A DNA stretch of 61,439 nucleotides, filler included, from Sphacelaria rigidula (taxonomy: Eukaryota), in the NCBI GenBank assembly GCA_964200075.2. It is 4 parts of 4 records of this genome, joined end to end, with 100 filler letters (N's around TTAATTAATTAA, not from the genome) between each part and the next. Parts side by side here need not be neighbours in the genome. Positions count along the whole stretch, not along the records: positions 46,157 to 61,439 come from CAXNAA020001823.1; 3 more parts are not named here. One strand, 5' to 3'. Positions 60,248-61,439 of this stretch are shown here, piece by piece. The position numbers and the translations under genes were made by a program. The notes under the pieces are model-generated. The model was given only the letters and a program-made list of their open reading frames with translations. It was not told the DNA's origin and made no database searches. Numbering within the stretch: position 1 is the stretch's first letter; each line of letters begins with the position of its first letter.

Positions 60248-60514
60248 CACACGCGGCCATTTGGCTAACCCCCAAAATGCCTCCGGAGGGATGCGCGGCC
60301 TTCCAGGGGGAAAACAAGCCTCTGGAGGCCTTCAACCCCCCTGGAGGAAACCAAACTCTACCGACCCGAAGGGCCGCGCACCCCTCCGCAGGAATTTTGG
60401 GGGGTATGTGCGGCCCTCCAGAGGCAAAAACAAGCCTCCGGAGGCGTTTAATCCCTCTGGAGGCTCGAAAAGTTACCCACCTGGATTTTGGAGGAAGCCA
60501 AATGGCCGCGTGTG
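60248..60514. mobile_element. CMC (CACTA/Mirage-like) MITE, copy 1
   Basis: Perfect 19-bp TIR CACACGCGGCCATTTGGCT; 2-bp TSD TC/TC; internal CCTCCGGAGG palindromic motifs. Confidence 0.75.
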
Positions 60515-60607
60515 TCCAATCGCTTCGCCCGTTGTAATCCTTCATTGTAGTACGGTAGCCGACTCGAGATTCCTGTGACGACACTTAACAACAGACAATT
60601 CCATATC

Positions 60608-60955
60608 ATGAGGTTGTACACGAAAAATGAGGTTCAGGCCCAAAACAGTGCTTTCCTCACACTTGCAGCGTTGGTGCCCACTGACTTCTTTGTCGGGCTG
60701 AAACCCCTGAATCGCGTAGATACTTTTTCAGCGCATTTCACCAACTCTGTGAGCTTACAGCGCTGACAGAAACCGTCATTTCCCCTGTTTCGAGGGCTTC
60801 GCTCAGCGCTGTAAGCTCAGAGTTGAAATGCGCTGAGAAAGTATCTACACGATTGAGGGGCATTGGGCCGACGAAAAAGCAATGGTGCACTATCGCTGTA
60901 AGTGTGGGGAAAGCTCTGTTTTGGGCTTGAACCTCATTTTAGTGTGCAACCTCAT
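60608..60955. repeat. Foldback element (imperfect palindrome, arms about 165 bp)
   Basis: ATGAGGTTGTACACGAAAAATGAGGTTCAGGCCCAAAACAG is mirrored by CTGTTTTGGGCTTGAACCTCATTTTAGTGTGCAACCTCAT; inner arms GAGCTTACAGCGCTGA / TCAGCGCTGTAAGCTC. Confidence 0.9.
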
Positions 60956-61035
60956 TTTAACGTTTTCGTGAGATTCAGGGTAGAGAAAACGATTGAAAAT
61001 GTGTGTTGTCCCATTTATTCTGGGCGCCAGTCTAC

Positions 61036-61368
61036 CATACGCGGCCATTTGGCTACCTCCAAAATTCCTCCAGGTGGGTAAACTTTTCGAGCCTTTAGAG
61101 GATTGAAATGCCTCCGGAGGGGTCCGCGGCCCTCCAGAGGAAATTGTTTTGTTTCCTCCAGAGGGATTAAACGCCTCCGGAGGCTAATTTTTGCCTCTGG
61201 AGGGCCGCGCATACCCCCAAATTCCTCCGGAGGGGTGCTCGACCCTCCGGGCCGTTAGAGTTTGGTTTCTTCCAGAGGGATTGAAGGCCTCCGGAGGCTT
61301 GTTTTTCCCCTGGAAGGCCGCGCATCCCTCCGGAGGCATTTGGGGGGTTAGCCAAATGGGCGCGTGTG
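61036..61368. mobile_element. CMC-like MITE, copy 2, inverted relative to copy 1
   Basis: TIRs CATACGCGGCCATTTGGCT / AGCCAAATGGGCGCGTGTG; 2-bp TSD AC/AC; about 65 bp longer than copy 1. Confidence 0.75.
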
Positions 61369-61439
61369 ACCCCTTTCGGAATGAGTGATGCTACGGTAGG
61401 GGTACAGAAATAATTTCTGAGGTTGGAATTGTTAGGAGC

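Noticed and set aside
60057-60584. ORFs overlapping the GC-rich MITE
   Set aside because: They arise from CCTCCGGAGG repeats in a non-coding element.

Overview
Eukaryotic, transposon-rich DNA. The window is not one molecule: it is four contigs (1-15288, 15389-30672, 30773-46056, 46157-61439) joined by artificial 44N-TTAATTAATTAA-44N linkers, so adjacency across the linkers means nothing biologically. Long introns and the transposon types suggest a brown alga or similar stramenopile (inference only). Contigs 1-2 are almost entirely decayed Ty3/Gypsy chromovirus-like retrotransposons: one on +, one internally deleted derivative on +, and a head-to-tail pair on -. Contig 3 has one exon of a GH5 exo-beta-1,3-glucanase-like gene, an RTE-like LINE remnant interrupted by a hAT-like element, and a nested MITE cluster. 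Contig 4 has three exons of an LSD1/KDM1-like flavin amine oxidase (-), a spliced Nudix hydrolase gene (+) with a probable GC-AG intron, and several SINEs and MITEs. Best leads: (1) two divergent Gypsy families share an integrase tail of chromodomain, helical linker and an extra Tudor-like barrel; (2) a discrete 70-bp unit with identical ends and direct-repeat flanks occurs on two contigs; (3) the tandem Gypsy copies are near-identical up to PPT+TGA but the presumed LTR sequences beyond it are unrelated; (4) the LINE 5' leader can fold into a multi-stem RNA; (5) Tourist-like MITEs are stacked end to end, separated only by 3-bp target motifs. All calls come from reading motifs by eye; no searches were run.
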